NCBI GenBank assembly: GCA_026026165.1
Contig: JAPEUD010000012.1
Coordinates: forward strand, 124,001 to 188,000
Source: Sarea resinae
Taxonomy: Eukaryota
Direction of reading: 5' to 3'
Length of the DNA stretch: 64,000 nt
Both the position numbers and the translations under genes were made by a program. Shown piece by piece: positions 36,934-48,821 of the stretch (positions are counted from its first letter, which is position 1; each line of letters starts with the position of its first letter). Under the pieces are notes generated by a model. The model saw nothing but the letters and a program-made list of their open reading frames with translations. It was not told the DNA's origin and made no database searches.

Positions 36934-38868
36934 ATGGCCTTTCACCAGCCAACCCGTGCTCTCGCCCCTCAACGCCCCTCCATCTCGACACCCGCCGAAT
37001 CGGCGACTGCTGCCCTCACAGCGCCGCAGCAGCAAGCCCAGCTCGAAGAATCTCAAGAATGGGTGCTCTTCTCGCCCTCCACCGCAACGTCAACCCGTCG
37101 AACGCGTACGTCGTTGACAGAGGAAACACGCCATGCCGCCAGTTTAACGCGACTAAGTGACTTTGGGTCCTTGGATACTGCTGCTCGCTCCGATGATGAG
37201 GAAGAACTTGAATCGGAGGGCACAGCGGATGCCACCGCCGAGGCGGATGAAGAAGGGGATTTGGACAGCTTGGACGATGGACTGCATGCTTTTCGAGAGC
37301 CGCCGGTCTTTCGAAATCCATATCGAAAACTACATCAGAGCGAGGGCATATTTCCGACGCATGATGGGCTCGGCACTTTTCCAGCTAGCGGTTCGCCCGT
37401 GCAAGAACAATTGTGGCAGTTTGAGCAATACAACCCGCAGGCTGCACGGGAACGCCATCGAAGAGCTTCGAGCGTACAGCAAACGCTAGATGCTCTCGAG
37501 GACGAAGTCGGGCCAGCTGACCGCAAGGCCGAGAAGATTCAAAGGATCGAGAGATGGCGGATGGAGCAGAGTAGAGCACTGCTCGACGAGATCGAGAAGG
37601 AGACACGGCGGCGGAGGATGAGCAGGACGAGTATTGGCTCTGCGAGGAGGATGAGTCTAGCTGCCGAGGAGAGCGTCACGATGGGCGATACTGAGGGATC
37701 ACTCTCCGGAGCCCAAGACGAAGAGTCGGATGATAACGAGCCGTTCTGGAAGCGCATTACTCGGCGGGTCATCCGGGATCTGATTGGAATCGACGAAGCT
37801 CTCCTGTCGGTCATCTTTGGAGAGTCTCTTCCCGCTGATGTTCAGGGGTCGTCTGAAAAGGTGCAAGCTGGCAGTTTCGGTCTTGGCGGCAGTCAGTTGT
37901 CGATCAGGTCTGCCGGTTGGGAGGACCGCCTCCTTGAACGCATCGCGCGCGAACTCGGCACTCTCGTCCACCAGCTCGCTGAGCACGACCATCCCGGCGC
38001 ATTCAGCACCTATCTGCGGACGCAAGAAGCGCCTCCATATGCAGGGTTGCCGTCGATCATTCCAGCGTCTGAGCAAACTCCTCCTACCGAAACATCTCTA
38101 GAGTCGACGACAGGACCACACTTCTCGCCCACGCTCCCGACGCTTCAAAGCGCGCCCTCACTTCCGGAATCCTCGTCGACTCAGCGTCTCGATCTCCAGC
38201 AAGAAAGTGACCGGGACCGGCAATACTGGGAGCAAGACCTGGACATCAAGCTGGTCTTTTCCTTTCTTCGCAAACGCTTCTCGTCCCGCCCCAATACGCC
38301 TCCTCCGACGCAGTCATCTGTCTTTCCGCCTCCGCAATTGAGCGACACCACACACCTTTCCTCTAGCAATAAGACACTCAACGACCCGGCCCGCCGTGCC
38401 GCTCTCATCCGTCAACACCACCCGCTCGTCTCGCAAGCCCATACTCATAAACGCAACCATGATCAGAATCTCAACCGCACGCCCATTTCACATCACATAG
38501 CCAGCACTCCCAATCCTCCGTCTCACGCCATAAATTCAAGCCCCACGCGACCCGCAGGCTTCAATTTAGGCTTAGGCTTAGCCCCGGGATTAGCCAAAGG
38601 CACAGCCACCGGCACCAGCACGATATCTCACCCCAGCCTCAAACGACGCAGCAGTTCGCCTTCGTCGTACTCGTGCGCCAGCCAGAGCCGAAGTCTCGGC
38701 ACGAAAGCATCGAAGACGGGCCGAAGCCGCAACAGCGGCAGTCGACGCAGCGCCAACTACTGGGACCTTGGCGGCGACAGCGGCGGTGCTGGTGCTGGTG
38801 CGGGCGGCAGTAGCAGCGTCATCAGTGCCGTGGGGGGGTGGGGCTGGGGCGAGGGCGTCGAGGCGTGA
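36934..38868 (+). CDS. Fungal hypothetical protein, about 644 aa, single exon
   Basis: Long ORF with ordered-looking blocks (SLDDGLHAF, RIERWRMEQSRALLDEIEKETRRRR, FWKRITRRVIRDLIGID, YWEQDLDIKLVFSFLR) in a disordered background. Confidence 0.8.
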   Translation: MAFHQPTRALAPQRPSISTPAESATAALTAPQQQAQLEESQEWVLFSPSTATSTRRTRTSLTEETRHAASLTRLSDFGSLDTAARSDDEEELESEGTADATAEADEEGDLDSLDDGLHAFREPPVFRNPYRKLHQSEGIFPTHDGLGTFPASGSPVQEQLWQFEQYNPQAARERHRRASSVQQTLDALEDEVGPADRKAEKIQRIERWRMEQSRALLDEIEKETRRRRMSRTSIGSARRMSLAAEESVTMGDTEGSLSGAQDEESDDNEPFWKRITRRVIRDLIGIDEALLSVIFGESLPADVQGSSEKVQAGSFGLGGSQLSIRSAGWEDRLLERIARELGTLVHQLAEHDHPGAFSTYLRTQEAPPYAGLPSIIPASEQTPPTETSLESTTGPHFSPTLPTLQSAPSLPESSSTQRLDLQQESDRDRQYWEQDLDIKLVFSFLRKRFSSRPNTPPPTQSSVFPPPQLSDTTHLSSSNKTLNDPARRAALIRQHHPLVSQAHTHKRNHDQNLNRTPISHHIASTPNPPSHAINSSPTRPAGFNLGLGLAPGLAKGTATGTSTISHPSLKRRSSSPSSYSCASQSRSLGTKASKTGRSRNSGSRRSANYWDLGGDSGGAGAGAGGSSSVISAVGGWGWGEGVEA

Positions 38869-39469
38869 TTTGCGGAGATGCCTAGTTGGGAAGGATGGGA
38901 AGGATGGGAAGGATGGGATATACGAGACGAGGGCGTCGAGGCATCTTTTTCCGCGTATTTGCATAGTCATGAGGAGGGGATAGACAGAGAGGCGGATGGC
39001 GTTGATGGCCTGGTGATGGTATGGTCTTGGTCTTGGTCTCCGTCTTTATGGGTATGGCAGGGTCAGTTTACTCACTCGCTAAGCGGCGTTTACTTCAGTT
39101 TTAGCAGTTTGCTCTCTCGGCGTTGGATCTATCTATCTATCTATCTACCTAGTCACGTTGGTATTCGTTCTACCGTCCATGCAGCATTTTTGGAAATATT
39201 AGAGGTGTCGTTCTTTTTCGTATGGTGTCTGTATCGTTGTAGTGTCGATATGTTGGAGTGTGTATTGTTGTAGTGTAATAGCGTATCTACTCATGTGCAA
39301 AGCAAGACGCGTCTCTTTTGTTTCAGAGAGAAACGAAACCCCGTTCTCCTGCTCTGTCCTTTTTTTGGTTTCTGTTTTTCAAAGGCGGTGGTAGTAGGGA
39401 CAGCATGTAGATCTAGAGTAGCAGAAAGAAGAGTCCGAGGATCTAGAGTCGAGGAAAGGAAAGAAGAGA

Positions 39470-40280
39470 CAGGTAGGAGAGAAGAGAAGAGAAGAGAAGA
39501 GAAGAAAATCAAGTGCAAACTTGGAAAGGACAAGATAAGTCAGGGCTAGAAGCTGAGAGAGAAAACACAAAAGTAGCGCGAGCACCTCTCTTTCTAAGGT
39601 ACTGGTAATTACTTGATCTTCTATAGCAAAAGTGCTATGATATATGTGATAGGTCTATCCAAGGCATTTTGCTTTCTTGTATATCTGGATCTATTATCGT
39701 GTTATACGCTGTCTGATATATTATTTCTATACTGCATGTGGTCCGGCTGATTCCTTAAGGTGTAGGGGGTAGAGTGTAAAGTGTAGGTGTAGGTGTAGAG
39801 TATAGCTTAGGCTTAGGGTATAGACTCTCTCTTCTAGTTACTATTGACTGTTTACCATTTATTATTCTAGTTCTATTTGCTGTTTGCTGTTTACTACAGC
39901 CTACAGCCTATATAGCCGATAGCCTATAGCCGATAGCCGATAGCCGATAGCCTATAGATAGATCACTTAGTAGTTGAGTCAATCTTAAATTATAACTTTC
40001 TAACACTACCTCAAAGTAGTGTTGTTGTTATCTTTATTAGCCCTTATTAGCCTTGTGATAATTAGAGGTGTTGTAGTCCTTATGTTTCTTATAGGTAGGT
40101 AGTAGTAGAGAGAAGAGGAGAGAAGAGGAGAGAAGAGGATAGAATAGGATAGGATAGGATAGGGAAAAAGAGAGCAGTTACTTGGTGATATAGAGGTGTG
40201 CTTTTTACTATCGCGGTTAGTATTAGTATCAGTGTTGCTGTTGTTACTTCTGCTGCTATAATTACTATTACCTTCTCTTC

Positions 40281-40340
<60 letters not shown>

Positions 40341-40770
40341 TTCCTACCTTTTCATTTTTTTGGGTTTCCTTAGCAGGATATATATCGAGAAGACTAATAA
40401 CAGACGTGCTTGCGATTAACGTGTGATTGCAATTGTATTATAACTGCGATTGTATTATAATTGTAGGTAACTTGTGACCGTGACCGTGACCACGGGCTTA
40501 GAAGAAAAGAGAAACAGAAATCGAGAGACAGACAGACAGACAGACAGAGATGGAAATAGAAACAGGACAAAGAGAGGCTTCTGTGTAGAGTGTGAGTGTG
40601 AGTGTCACAGCGGAGTACATGAGTCGGCGAGCCGGCGAGTAGGGGTAACGGACTCAGGAATCCAACGATTCCAAGGATGTGAAGGACACCACGGACACCA
40701 TGGACACCACGGACACCAACGACACCAACGACACCAACGATACCGAAGATTCCAAGCACACCAACGACAA
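39470..40770. repeat. AT-rich island of mixed simple repeats
   Basis: (GAGAA)n, (GCCGATA)n about 39913-39955, (AGAAGAGGAG)n, (GATAG)n, (CT)n 40284-40337, (GACA)n, 9-mer GACACCAAC-type repeats 40684-40770. Confidence 0.85.
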
Positions 40771-40787
40771 ACCCCTCCCCGACTCAC

Positions 40788-43310
40788 TCAAATAAACGCA
40801 TCCCTCAGCCCCCTCCTCGTAAGCTTCTTCAACGGCCCTCCGCCCGGAATCACAGCAGCGCCAGCACCACCTGCGCCTCCAGCAGCACCAGCACCACCCG
40901 CGCCAGGACCGCCAGCACCGCCAGCACCGCCCTGAGGCACCGTCGCCTGCGCCTGGAAATGTCGACACCACGTCTTATACTGGGGCTCCCACGTGCCGCC
41001 GAGGTTCTTGTGCACGGTCAGCAAGAGATGGTCTCTCTCGGTGTTGGTGTTGGTGGTGGCAGTAGTAGGATTGGGAGTGGCGGCGGGGGCGGGACGGCGG
41101 GGACGAGAAGGACGGGGACGAGGACCGCCGCGGCGGCCACGGGGACGGGTTGGAAGGGCGGTTGGGAGGGCAGCGGCGGATGTGGTGGACGTGGTGGTGG
41201 ACGTGGAAGGACCAGTAGAAGGACCAGTGTTAGTGTCAGTACCAGCGTTAGTGTCAGGCTGTGTCGACATCCTGCCAGAAGACGATTCCCCTTCCTCCTC
41301 GTTTTCGTCATCAGCGTCGGAATCAGCACCAGCATCAGCATGAGCATCAGCATGAGCATGAGCATGAGCATCAGCATGAGCATGAGCAGGCGCATGAGCT
41401 CCAGCACTGCGCCCCCCAGCACCACCACCACCACCACCCCAAAACCCAGACCCAAACCTAGAAAAAGACCCATCCCCCGACCCGCCAAACTGCACCTCGG
41501 TGCCACAGGTCGGACAGAACCTCAGCCCACCACAGTGACAGCAGCGGTTCCGGCGACGGGCGCCAAAGAAGTGCGACACGCGGCAGTTGAGCATGCGGGT
41601 AAAGGGCGTCTGCTGCGGTGGCGGCGGCGGCGGCGGCGGGACTGTGCCAGCAGGGGCGGCAGGGGCGGCAGGAACGGCAGGAACGGCAGGAACGGCAGGA
41701 GCGGCGGGGGCGGCCGGAGCGGCGGCGGGCGTGCGGTTGTAGAAGGCGTGCGGGCAGGCTTCGATGAAGCGTCGGCTTGCTGGTGAGGCGAGAAAGGCTT
41801 GCATGGCTTCTGTGGGCGTGGTGGGGGGCGCGGGGACGGCGGGGACGGCGGGGACGGCGGGGACGGCGGGGACGGCGGGGGCAGCTGCTGATTGCATGTT
41901 TGGGGCGCCTGCGGTGCCTGCGTTGGCGATGGGTGCTACCATGGGGGCAACGGGGGCGACCATGGGACCAACGGGGGGAATCATGTTGGCGACGGGGGCG
42001 ATCATAGGGGGCACTAGAGCGACTATGGGGGCCATGGGAGCAACCATGGGGCCAACGGGGCCGGCCATGGGGGCAACTGGGGCTACCATAGGAGCAATGG
42101 GGGCAACCATGGGGCCAACGGGGCCAACGGGAGCGTTCGTATTGGCGGCGTGGGTAGCCATGTCGGCGGCGTGAACAGTCATGTTGGCGGCGCCAGCGAC
42201 ACTTGGGGCCACAGGGGCTGCGTTGGCCGCGGTACCCGTAGAGCCCGCAGTGCCCGCATTGGTGGTACTGGCTGGAACGACTCTCCAAACTGCACCCAGG
42301 CCCGGGTTCTCGTCAGGCGTCTCAGCTGCCACGCCCTCAATCGCTGCCCGGACGGAAGCAGACATGGCGTTGCCCGGAAAGCCAAAAGGATCATAACGAA
42401 CCGCCGCGTTCGGGATCTGGCGCACACCCGTGACGAGGAAATATTCAATCCTGACGACGAAATTGCCGTTGTAGATCCGCGCCTGCACCTTGATCTTGAG
42501 CGCCAGACCCGGTGCCAGCTGCCACACGGACGTTCTGTCGAACACGTCCAGCGACACACCATGCATGGGGCCGAATGTGACGCGATTCATGGCCAGCTGA
42601 ATGGCGCTAAGGCAGATGTAGAAACGCACCTGCGGCGGGGGGTGACGAGCCGTGAGCCAGATTCGTTGGTCGCGGCGACACGGACTGCTGGAAACGAGGC
42701 GATGAAATATAACACATTCATAGCATAGCCGATACTGGTGCATCCGTTCCTCAAACTGCCTCAGCAAGAGAAACTTCTCGTCGGCGTGCTGGGGCTCTCG
42801 CAGACGTGTCCAATACTGCTTTCCAATGGTCAGGCATGTGCTCTTGCTGGCGAGAGCCAAGCACGCCGCCGATTCCCCGGGCAGGTAGCTGGCGATTTGC
42901 TGGAGGATCTCGGGAGGCATGTCGAGGAGGCCACAGTGCGTCGTTTGAGGAATGATCTTTGCAAACACCCGGCGCCGTTTGAGCGGGTAGAATAGATTGG
43001 ATAAGGTCAACATGTTGACCGATATCCTTGACTTGAGCGCCCAATAGGTCACCAATTGGTTAACAGGGTCCCGCGCAAAGACCCGTCCGACTGAGAAGTC
43101 AAACGCCAAGTGCGTGACCTCAAGCGGACGCGCACTTCTCACCCAGCAATATCGGTCCTGTGTAGTGATTTCAATCTGCCGATCACCATCACCCCAGATG
43201 TAAATTTTGCTCGTCGGGCTTGGAACTAAGAAGCCTAACCGTCTGGTTAGGGCTTGTGCCACCTCACGGTTATCATGATTATCATCGAATACGCAAAGAA
43301 AGGATGCCAT
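40788..43310 (-). CDS. F-box protein with large low-complexity insertions (start ATG 43310 or 43013)
   Basis: F-box signature GLLDMPPEILQQIASYLPGESAACLALASK; Cys motifs LCYECVIFH and CCHCGGLRFCPTCGTE; repeats of GPMVAPV, PAV, HA. Confidence 0.78.
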   Translation of the reverse strand: MASFLCVFDDNHDNREVAQALTRRLGFLVPSPTSKIYIWGDGDRQIEITTQDRYCWVRSARPLEVTHLAFDFSVGRVFARDPVNQLVTYWALKSRISVNMLTLSNLFYPLKRRRVFAKIIPQTTHCGLLDMPPEILQQIASYLPGESAACLALASKSTCLTIGKQYWTRLREPQHADEKFLLLRQFEERMHQYRLCYECVIFHRLVSSSPCRRDQRIWLTARHPPPQVRFYICLSAIQLAMNRVTFGPMHGVSLDVFDRTSVWQLAPGLALKIKVQARIYNGNFVVRIEYFLVTGVRQIPNAAVRYDPFGFPGNAMSASVRAAIEGVAAETPDENPGLGAVWRVVPASTTNAGTAGSTGTAANAAPVAPSVAGAANMTVHAADMATHAANTNAPVGPVGPMVAPIAPMVAPVAPMAGPVGPMVAPMAPIVALVPPMIAPVANMIPPVGPMVAPVAPMVAPIANAGTAGAPNMQSAAAPAVPAVPAVPAVPAVPAPPTTPTEAMQAFLASPASRRFIEACPHAFYNRTPAAAPAAPAAPAVPAVPAVPAAPAAPAGTVPPPPPPPPQQTPFTRMLNCRVSHFFGARRRNRCCHCGGLRFCPTCGTEVQFGGSGDGSFSRFGSGFWGGGGGGAGGRSAGAHAPAHAHADAHAHAHADAHADAGADSDADDENEEEGESSSGRMSTQPDTNAGTDTNTGPSTGPSTSTTTSTTSAAALPTALPTRPRGRRGGPRPRPSRPRRPAPAATPNPTTATTNTNTERDHLLLTVHKNLGGTWEPQYKTWCRHFQAQATVPQGGAGGAGGPGAGGAGAAGGAGGAGAAVIPGGGPLKKLTRRGLRDAFI

Positions 43311-43792
43311 GATAGCGATTCGGTCAGTTCAGAATGTGCTGAGTGTATGGTCTGGTGATGTCTGCAGAGCAACGCCGCTCATGTCAACAACACTTCTCAC
43401 CTCACTCGCTCGCACCGAACGAACGGAGCTGTGAATCAAGCCCATCTCTAGTGATATCCAATAGCTGGTGAATACGGGGTAAGAAGCGTCCCATGTCTGG
43501 GGACCCTTTGAGTGAATCTGCACGCGTCTGTGCACGCGAGGGTAGTAACACGTCGACATCGACCGAGGGTCTTTACTTAGCCAAGTCCTGTTCCCGCAGT
43601 TATGCCCAGCGAACTTCTTCCAACGGTTTGACAAGCTGCCGTTTTGGAAATGTGGCCGTCTCAAAAGGGGCTGGTACCCTAGATGCGACTCTGCCGAAAC
43701 GAAAAATGTGAGTTCATTTGTATATATCTACACTTACTACCGCCTCCGCAAATCACCCATGTCCATCCATGGTCATCCTGCCAACCCACCGA

Positions 43793-44798
43793 CTATAGTT
43801 CTCCATCCGTCCTCAACTTCTCATTCCCCCACATCTCGCCCGTCAAGCTCGTCAGTCCGGCCTTGGGCTCACACGTCTTCCTTGCTGCATCTCCGAGTGG
43901 GCCCGGAGATGGCAATTTTACCTCACTGGCGCCTCCAGTGGCCTCGGCAGATGCCTTGAGCGCTTTGAGAAGAGAGATGGTGGTCTCTGCGGTCAGATCC
44001 TCATAGTAGTCGTCGTTGATCTGGATCATCGGGGCATTCACGCAGGCGCCTAGGCATTCAACTTCTGTGACGGTGAAGAGGTTGTCTGCGGTTGTGTGAC
44101 CAGGGGTGACGCCGAGGACAGAGGTTACCGCTTCGACTATGCTGTCAGAGTTGCACAGTTGGCACGGTGTCTGGAGTTCATGGGCGACGTCAGTTTTGCT
44201 TCTGATGCCTTTCCAGCCCCGCTTTGGAGAAGGCTAGAAGTTATGAACGGGGCACGAACCGTGGTGCAGATTTGCACATGATACTTGCCCACGGGCTCCC
44301 GGTTATACATGGTATAAAAGGTCGCCACCTCGTACACTCGCATCGGAGGCATCTCCAGCAGTCTCGCCACCTCGTTCATGACACTGATGGAAGTGAAGCC
44401 GTGCTGACGCTGGCCGAGATCGAGCAGGGGCATCACAGCGGCCTTTTTGTACTGCGGGGGATAGCGGTGCAGGATCTCTTCGATGAGCTTTTCGTTGGTG
44501 GCATTGAACTTGAAGGGAATCGAGGGGTTGTTTTCGGGAGTGTTGCGGTGCTATGCATGGTCTTGTTAGCAATGCGACGACTTCAGCGCCGTTGGCCGTC
44601 AATGGCTTGATTGAGGAGATATGGAAGGGGCCGAAGTGGAGGCGGGAGAAGCGTGGATGGGAGACGTACGAGTGGAGGCGCCGTTGAAGCCACACGGGCG
44701 CTGGCCGTAAAGGCGCGGCATTGAAACCGTCCTCGGGGAAGTGTTCGTAGAGAGCGGGCACCGCTTCGAAGGGCGAATGGAACCATCTTGGATGCCAT
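43793..44798 (-). CDS. NDUFV2: NADH:ubiquinone oxidoreductase 24-kDa subunit (2Fe-2S), 3 exons
   Basis: Arg-rich mitochondrial presequence; [59 protein letters not shown]. Introns 44551-44669 and about 44171-44260. Confidence 0.96.
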
Positions 44799-45268
44799 GG
44801 CTGCTGATGCGGTTGGAGATCGATCTGGATATCCGGAGCTGCATACAGCAGTAGGTGTGGTTGTTGCTTCGCGATCGCTTAGGTAATCAGCACTGAGAAA
44901 CCGCCGAGCTCTGATTGGTGGGGAAGCAGTGCCTTTCGATGGGGACGAAGTGACAGAAACACTGCGCGTATATCATAGTATGGCGTGCACATTGCAGTAC
45001 GGGCAGGTCTCAGCATTGTTTACAGAGTATGAACATGCAAATCTTCATGACATTCGAGCTCTGCATAGACATCCCTTGCCCGCCGAGTCACCCGGTAATG
45101 TAAACATGGAATCATCAACAGCTCAAAGAAGTCCCAGGATGTAGAATGTAGATGATCCCCGCCGAAATGATCACCAACACCTTGAACGCCGCCGAAAAAG
45201 ACGCTTTCCTCCATTCTAGGCAGTCCTTCCTGGCCGATTGTTAAAAAAGGTCCCTCTTCCAACACGAC

Positions 45269-46079
45269 TTATAGCAAATCGAAATCATCCAGCTTGTCGC
45301 GATAGCGTAGGATGTTCCGCTTGATCTTAGACGAGTCGACCCAGGTGACGAAATCCTCCATGTTCCTGAACCGCGCCCCTCATGTCAGCGTGATCTGCTC
45401 AGGCCAGAAAGCAAGCAAGGAAAAGGGGAAGAAGAGGAAACTTACCGAGTGACAAGAAATGCGGGATCAGTAATGACCTCCGGCCCCACACGTACATGGC
45501 CCTGCTCGATGAATTTGATAGCCTGTATCCCCCAGATAGTACGACGGTCAGCCTCTAGAAAAAGGAAGTACAGTTGCAAAAGAGGTACGGCAAAAGGAGA
45601 TCGAATGGGAAACGCAAGGAAGAAAGGGAAGAACAGATGAGACTAACAGCTTGTACCGTCTCGCCCATGCCCAACCTAGTCATAACAACGGGCAGTCTCC
45701 TCCTGGCAAACGCAGAGACCGAAACCTTCTCAACCTCACTCAGCCCCTTGGCTCCACCAACGACCTTCCCACTGGCCTCCTCCCCCTCCCGGGCCGCACC
45801 CGCCACCCCGCCCTTGACAATCCCCATCTCCGCCAGCTTCCCGAGCATCAGATCCTCGTACTTCAAGCGGAACGGATCGGCGGCGTCGAGCTCCGAGAGC
45901 TTGTGTGCCAGCTGTCGGAGCTGCCCGCACACCCGATTGTACGCCGCGTAGTCGGCCGGCTTCTGGATCGCATAGCGCCGTGACACCGCCGCCGCTCGAT
46001 GCGACGCGTCTGAGGCGTAGGTGTGGAAGTCGACTTTGCGGAGGAGCTTTTGCTCGTGGTGTCGAAGCTTGCGCGGCAT
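45269..46079 (-). CDS. IMP3: U3 snoRNP protein IMP3, 3 exons
   Basis: [18 protein letters not shown]...[13 protein letters not shown]...|[57 protein letters not shown]. Confidence 0.95.
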
Positions 46080-46883
46080 GTTGGGCTTTGATTCCTTCGA
46101 AGCCGCTTGGAGGCCGTATTGCTGGGAGTGGACGACCGGAGACCTTTGTTGTCGGATGGGGCAGGGGAATTTTCGTTTTCGAGGGCTCGTCGTTGTGGTT
46201 GCGATTTGTGATTAGTCAGCGGTGATGGGAACTTTTTTCTTTCTGCCGATGCTGTGCGCTTCACCGCCTTTTGTTTTGGTGCGCTTATCGGGAAGCTTAT
46301 CGAGTGCCGGATCCATTTGGCTGGATTGAGAAAGCAAGTTCGATTATGTATGGTAATGTCCTGAATCACGATCGCTTTTATAACTTGTGTGTAATGCAAC
46401 AGAACGAGCAATGCGCCTCAAATGAAGGGGTGAATGCTTGCCCGAAGCCCAGAGGCATCGTCAGAAGACTCAACACTATCAAAGCACGATTAAGGGGCAA
46501 GATGAAGAAGGATGGATCTCTAGAGGACCTTGTTATCCACGATGCCTACACTCAACCTCCTTCAAAGGACAAATGAACCTGCTACGTTTGTGTCCGCGGA
46601 TGACTAAAGTCGGGTTCAACCATGAAACAATGGCTTGCAATGGTCGTTGTTGCCTAGATCAACAACCTCATGCTCAGAGTTTACGTCTATCATCAGGTCA
46701 TCACCCTTCGCGTCTTTTGGTGGTAGAGTCTGTTCAATGTTTGATGTCACAGTATCAGGCTATGCTACGCTACTGCATGCTTCTTGACCATCTAAGGATA
46801 TATGCATACAGCTACGCCAAGCCAAACCTCAAAACGAGGAAAGGAGTCTTATTTAAAGTGTGAAAAAAGGAGGAACAAGAGGT

Positions 46884-48821
46884 TCATCTCTGGAAGCGCC
46901 ATCTCCAATCCTCATCGCCTCGCCAGACCTCAGCGACGGCGGCACCATTATCGGTGTTAGCAATGTCTCTAGCGTTACCATCAACCTTACCATCATCCTT
47001 AATCTCCCGCTCATCCTCCCTCTCCTCAGCGCCAGCCACGGAAGACAACAATCTCTCCTTCTTCGTATTCTCCCGTCCCAGCACAGCCCAGAGCGTACCT
47101 ACGACGATACAGTTCGCGATTAGATAACCGCACGCGAAGCCATGGCCCAGAAAGAACCTTGGCGCGTCCTCGTTACGGTACAGCTGCGTGCCCAATACGG
47201 CCCCCAGATTGCCGATGGAGATCTGCATCGCGTTGGCAGTGGCACGCTTCGTCTGCCCAGAAACGTTGTTGGCGGGCCAGGCGAGCACGATGGCCGTGGC
47301 CGGGTAGATGCCGCCTGCGGCGAGAATGGTGCCGAAGTAGGAGACGCCTGGTGTCGGGTCACTGAGCAGGATTATGTAGCCGATAGCCGCGAGCAAGGAT
47401 GAGGGGATTATTAGGAAGGCCCGCAGACGGTGGCGTTCGGAGAGAATGGCGAGGAGGAGTGTCAGCGTTGTTGCTAGGGCGTAGGGCGGCACTGTCAGGA
47501 GCTGTGCCCTGGCGGAACTGAAGTGGAGGGCCTTGATAATCGTTGGCTTTCCAATTGAATGTTAGTGGTACGGCTTTGCAATAGATGAGGAAAGAATGCC
47601 AGACATCTGAGAGAGAAGTCTGGCACGAGAAGCACTTACAAGAAATAGAGAGAGGGTGTATAAGGGAAGGCTTAGCGTATGGAACGCAAGGCTATAAAGC
47701 CAGCATTTTGGATCCTTGAATGCGGCTGCGACGTTGGTCCAGGCGAAGGCCTCATCCCTGGTAGCATCAGAGTCGTCTCTAAGCCGATTGAGGACGTAGG
47801 TTCGTTCGTCGGGCGACAGAAACTTGGCTGTGGCCGGGTAGTTAACGATGAAGAAATACGAGATGGCGGAAACGAGCACGGTGAGGATGCCTTCCTAGAA
47901 AAAGGGGTAAGATATCTCCAAGACAGGATATTGTTCTCACGATATGTGGCTTACCAGGATAAAAATCCATCGCCAGCCATTGAGGCCTGCGACGCCTTTC
48001 ATATGAGCTATGCCCTATGAGAAGATTAGTCTCGTTGAGGCGAAGGTCCCGTTTTCTTGATGCAAGCTCTTACCCAAGCAAGTATCCCACCAAAAGCTCC
48101 CGCCAAAGACGCAGCGCTGAAAAAAAGCGCAACTCGATATTGCTGCTCATTGCGCTTATACCACATAGAGAGATAAAAGCAGACGCCAGGGAAAAGACCA
48201 CTCTCCGTGACGCCGAGAAAGAAGCGCACGAGCAAGAAGCCAGCCAGGGACTGGGTGATGCCCATCAGAGTGGAGACGACTCCCCATGCTAATGTCAGAC
48301 TAGGTAGCCACAACCTTGGAGTCGTGCGCTTCAGGACGATATTAGATGGAATCTGCACCTGTCAGTGATATGGACGAAAGGGGTTTTGAATTGAGCCGGA
48401 AATACTTCGAATAGAACATAGCCGATGAAATATAAAGTCAGACCGGTGAGATATTGGTCTCCGGCTATTAAGAACAATTAATGGCAATTCGATTCGATTA
48501 GGTAGGTAACAATTCTTACTCATGTGCAAGTCAGCAGTCAGACCCTCGATGCGCGCATTGGCAACTGCATTCTGTCAGCAAATGAGCCGGGCAACGCGTA
48601 GGTGACTTGCCATTGCTGCGATCTAGAAAGGACAGCAGGTAAAGCAGGGTCAGTGCCGGAAGAAGCGTCAGATCGAGCTTCCTGAGCAAAGATTTCTCAT
48701 TGATCTCTGAACCAGGATGTGCCTCGACATCGAGCTTGGGAGAGGATGATAGAGCATCCTCCTTCGAAATCGAGTCAATCGGTTCAGAGACGTCGTTGTC
48801 CAGTTTCTCTGGGACCGACAT
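46884..48821 (-). CDS. MFS anion:cation symporter (Dal5/Tna1-like permease), multi-exon
   Basis: LLRKLDLTLLPALTLLYLLSFLDRSN, RFFLGVTESGLFPG, YLSMWYKRNEQQYRVALFFSAASLAGAFGGILA, GWRWIFI, WPANNVSGQTKRA. Substrate cannot be inferred. Confidence 0.92.

Noticed and set aside
39805..39818. TTAGGCTTAGGG as interstitial telomere
   Set aside because: Only one perfect unit within TA-rich sequence.
40684..40770. Short regularly spaced repeats as a possible CRISPR-like array
   Set aside because: 9-bp tandem units without unique spacers, eukaryotic context, no cas genes.
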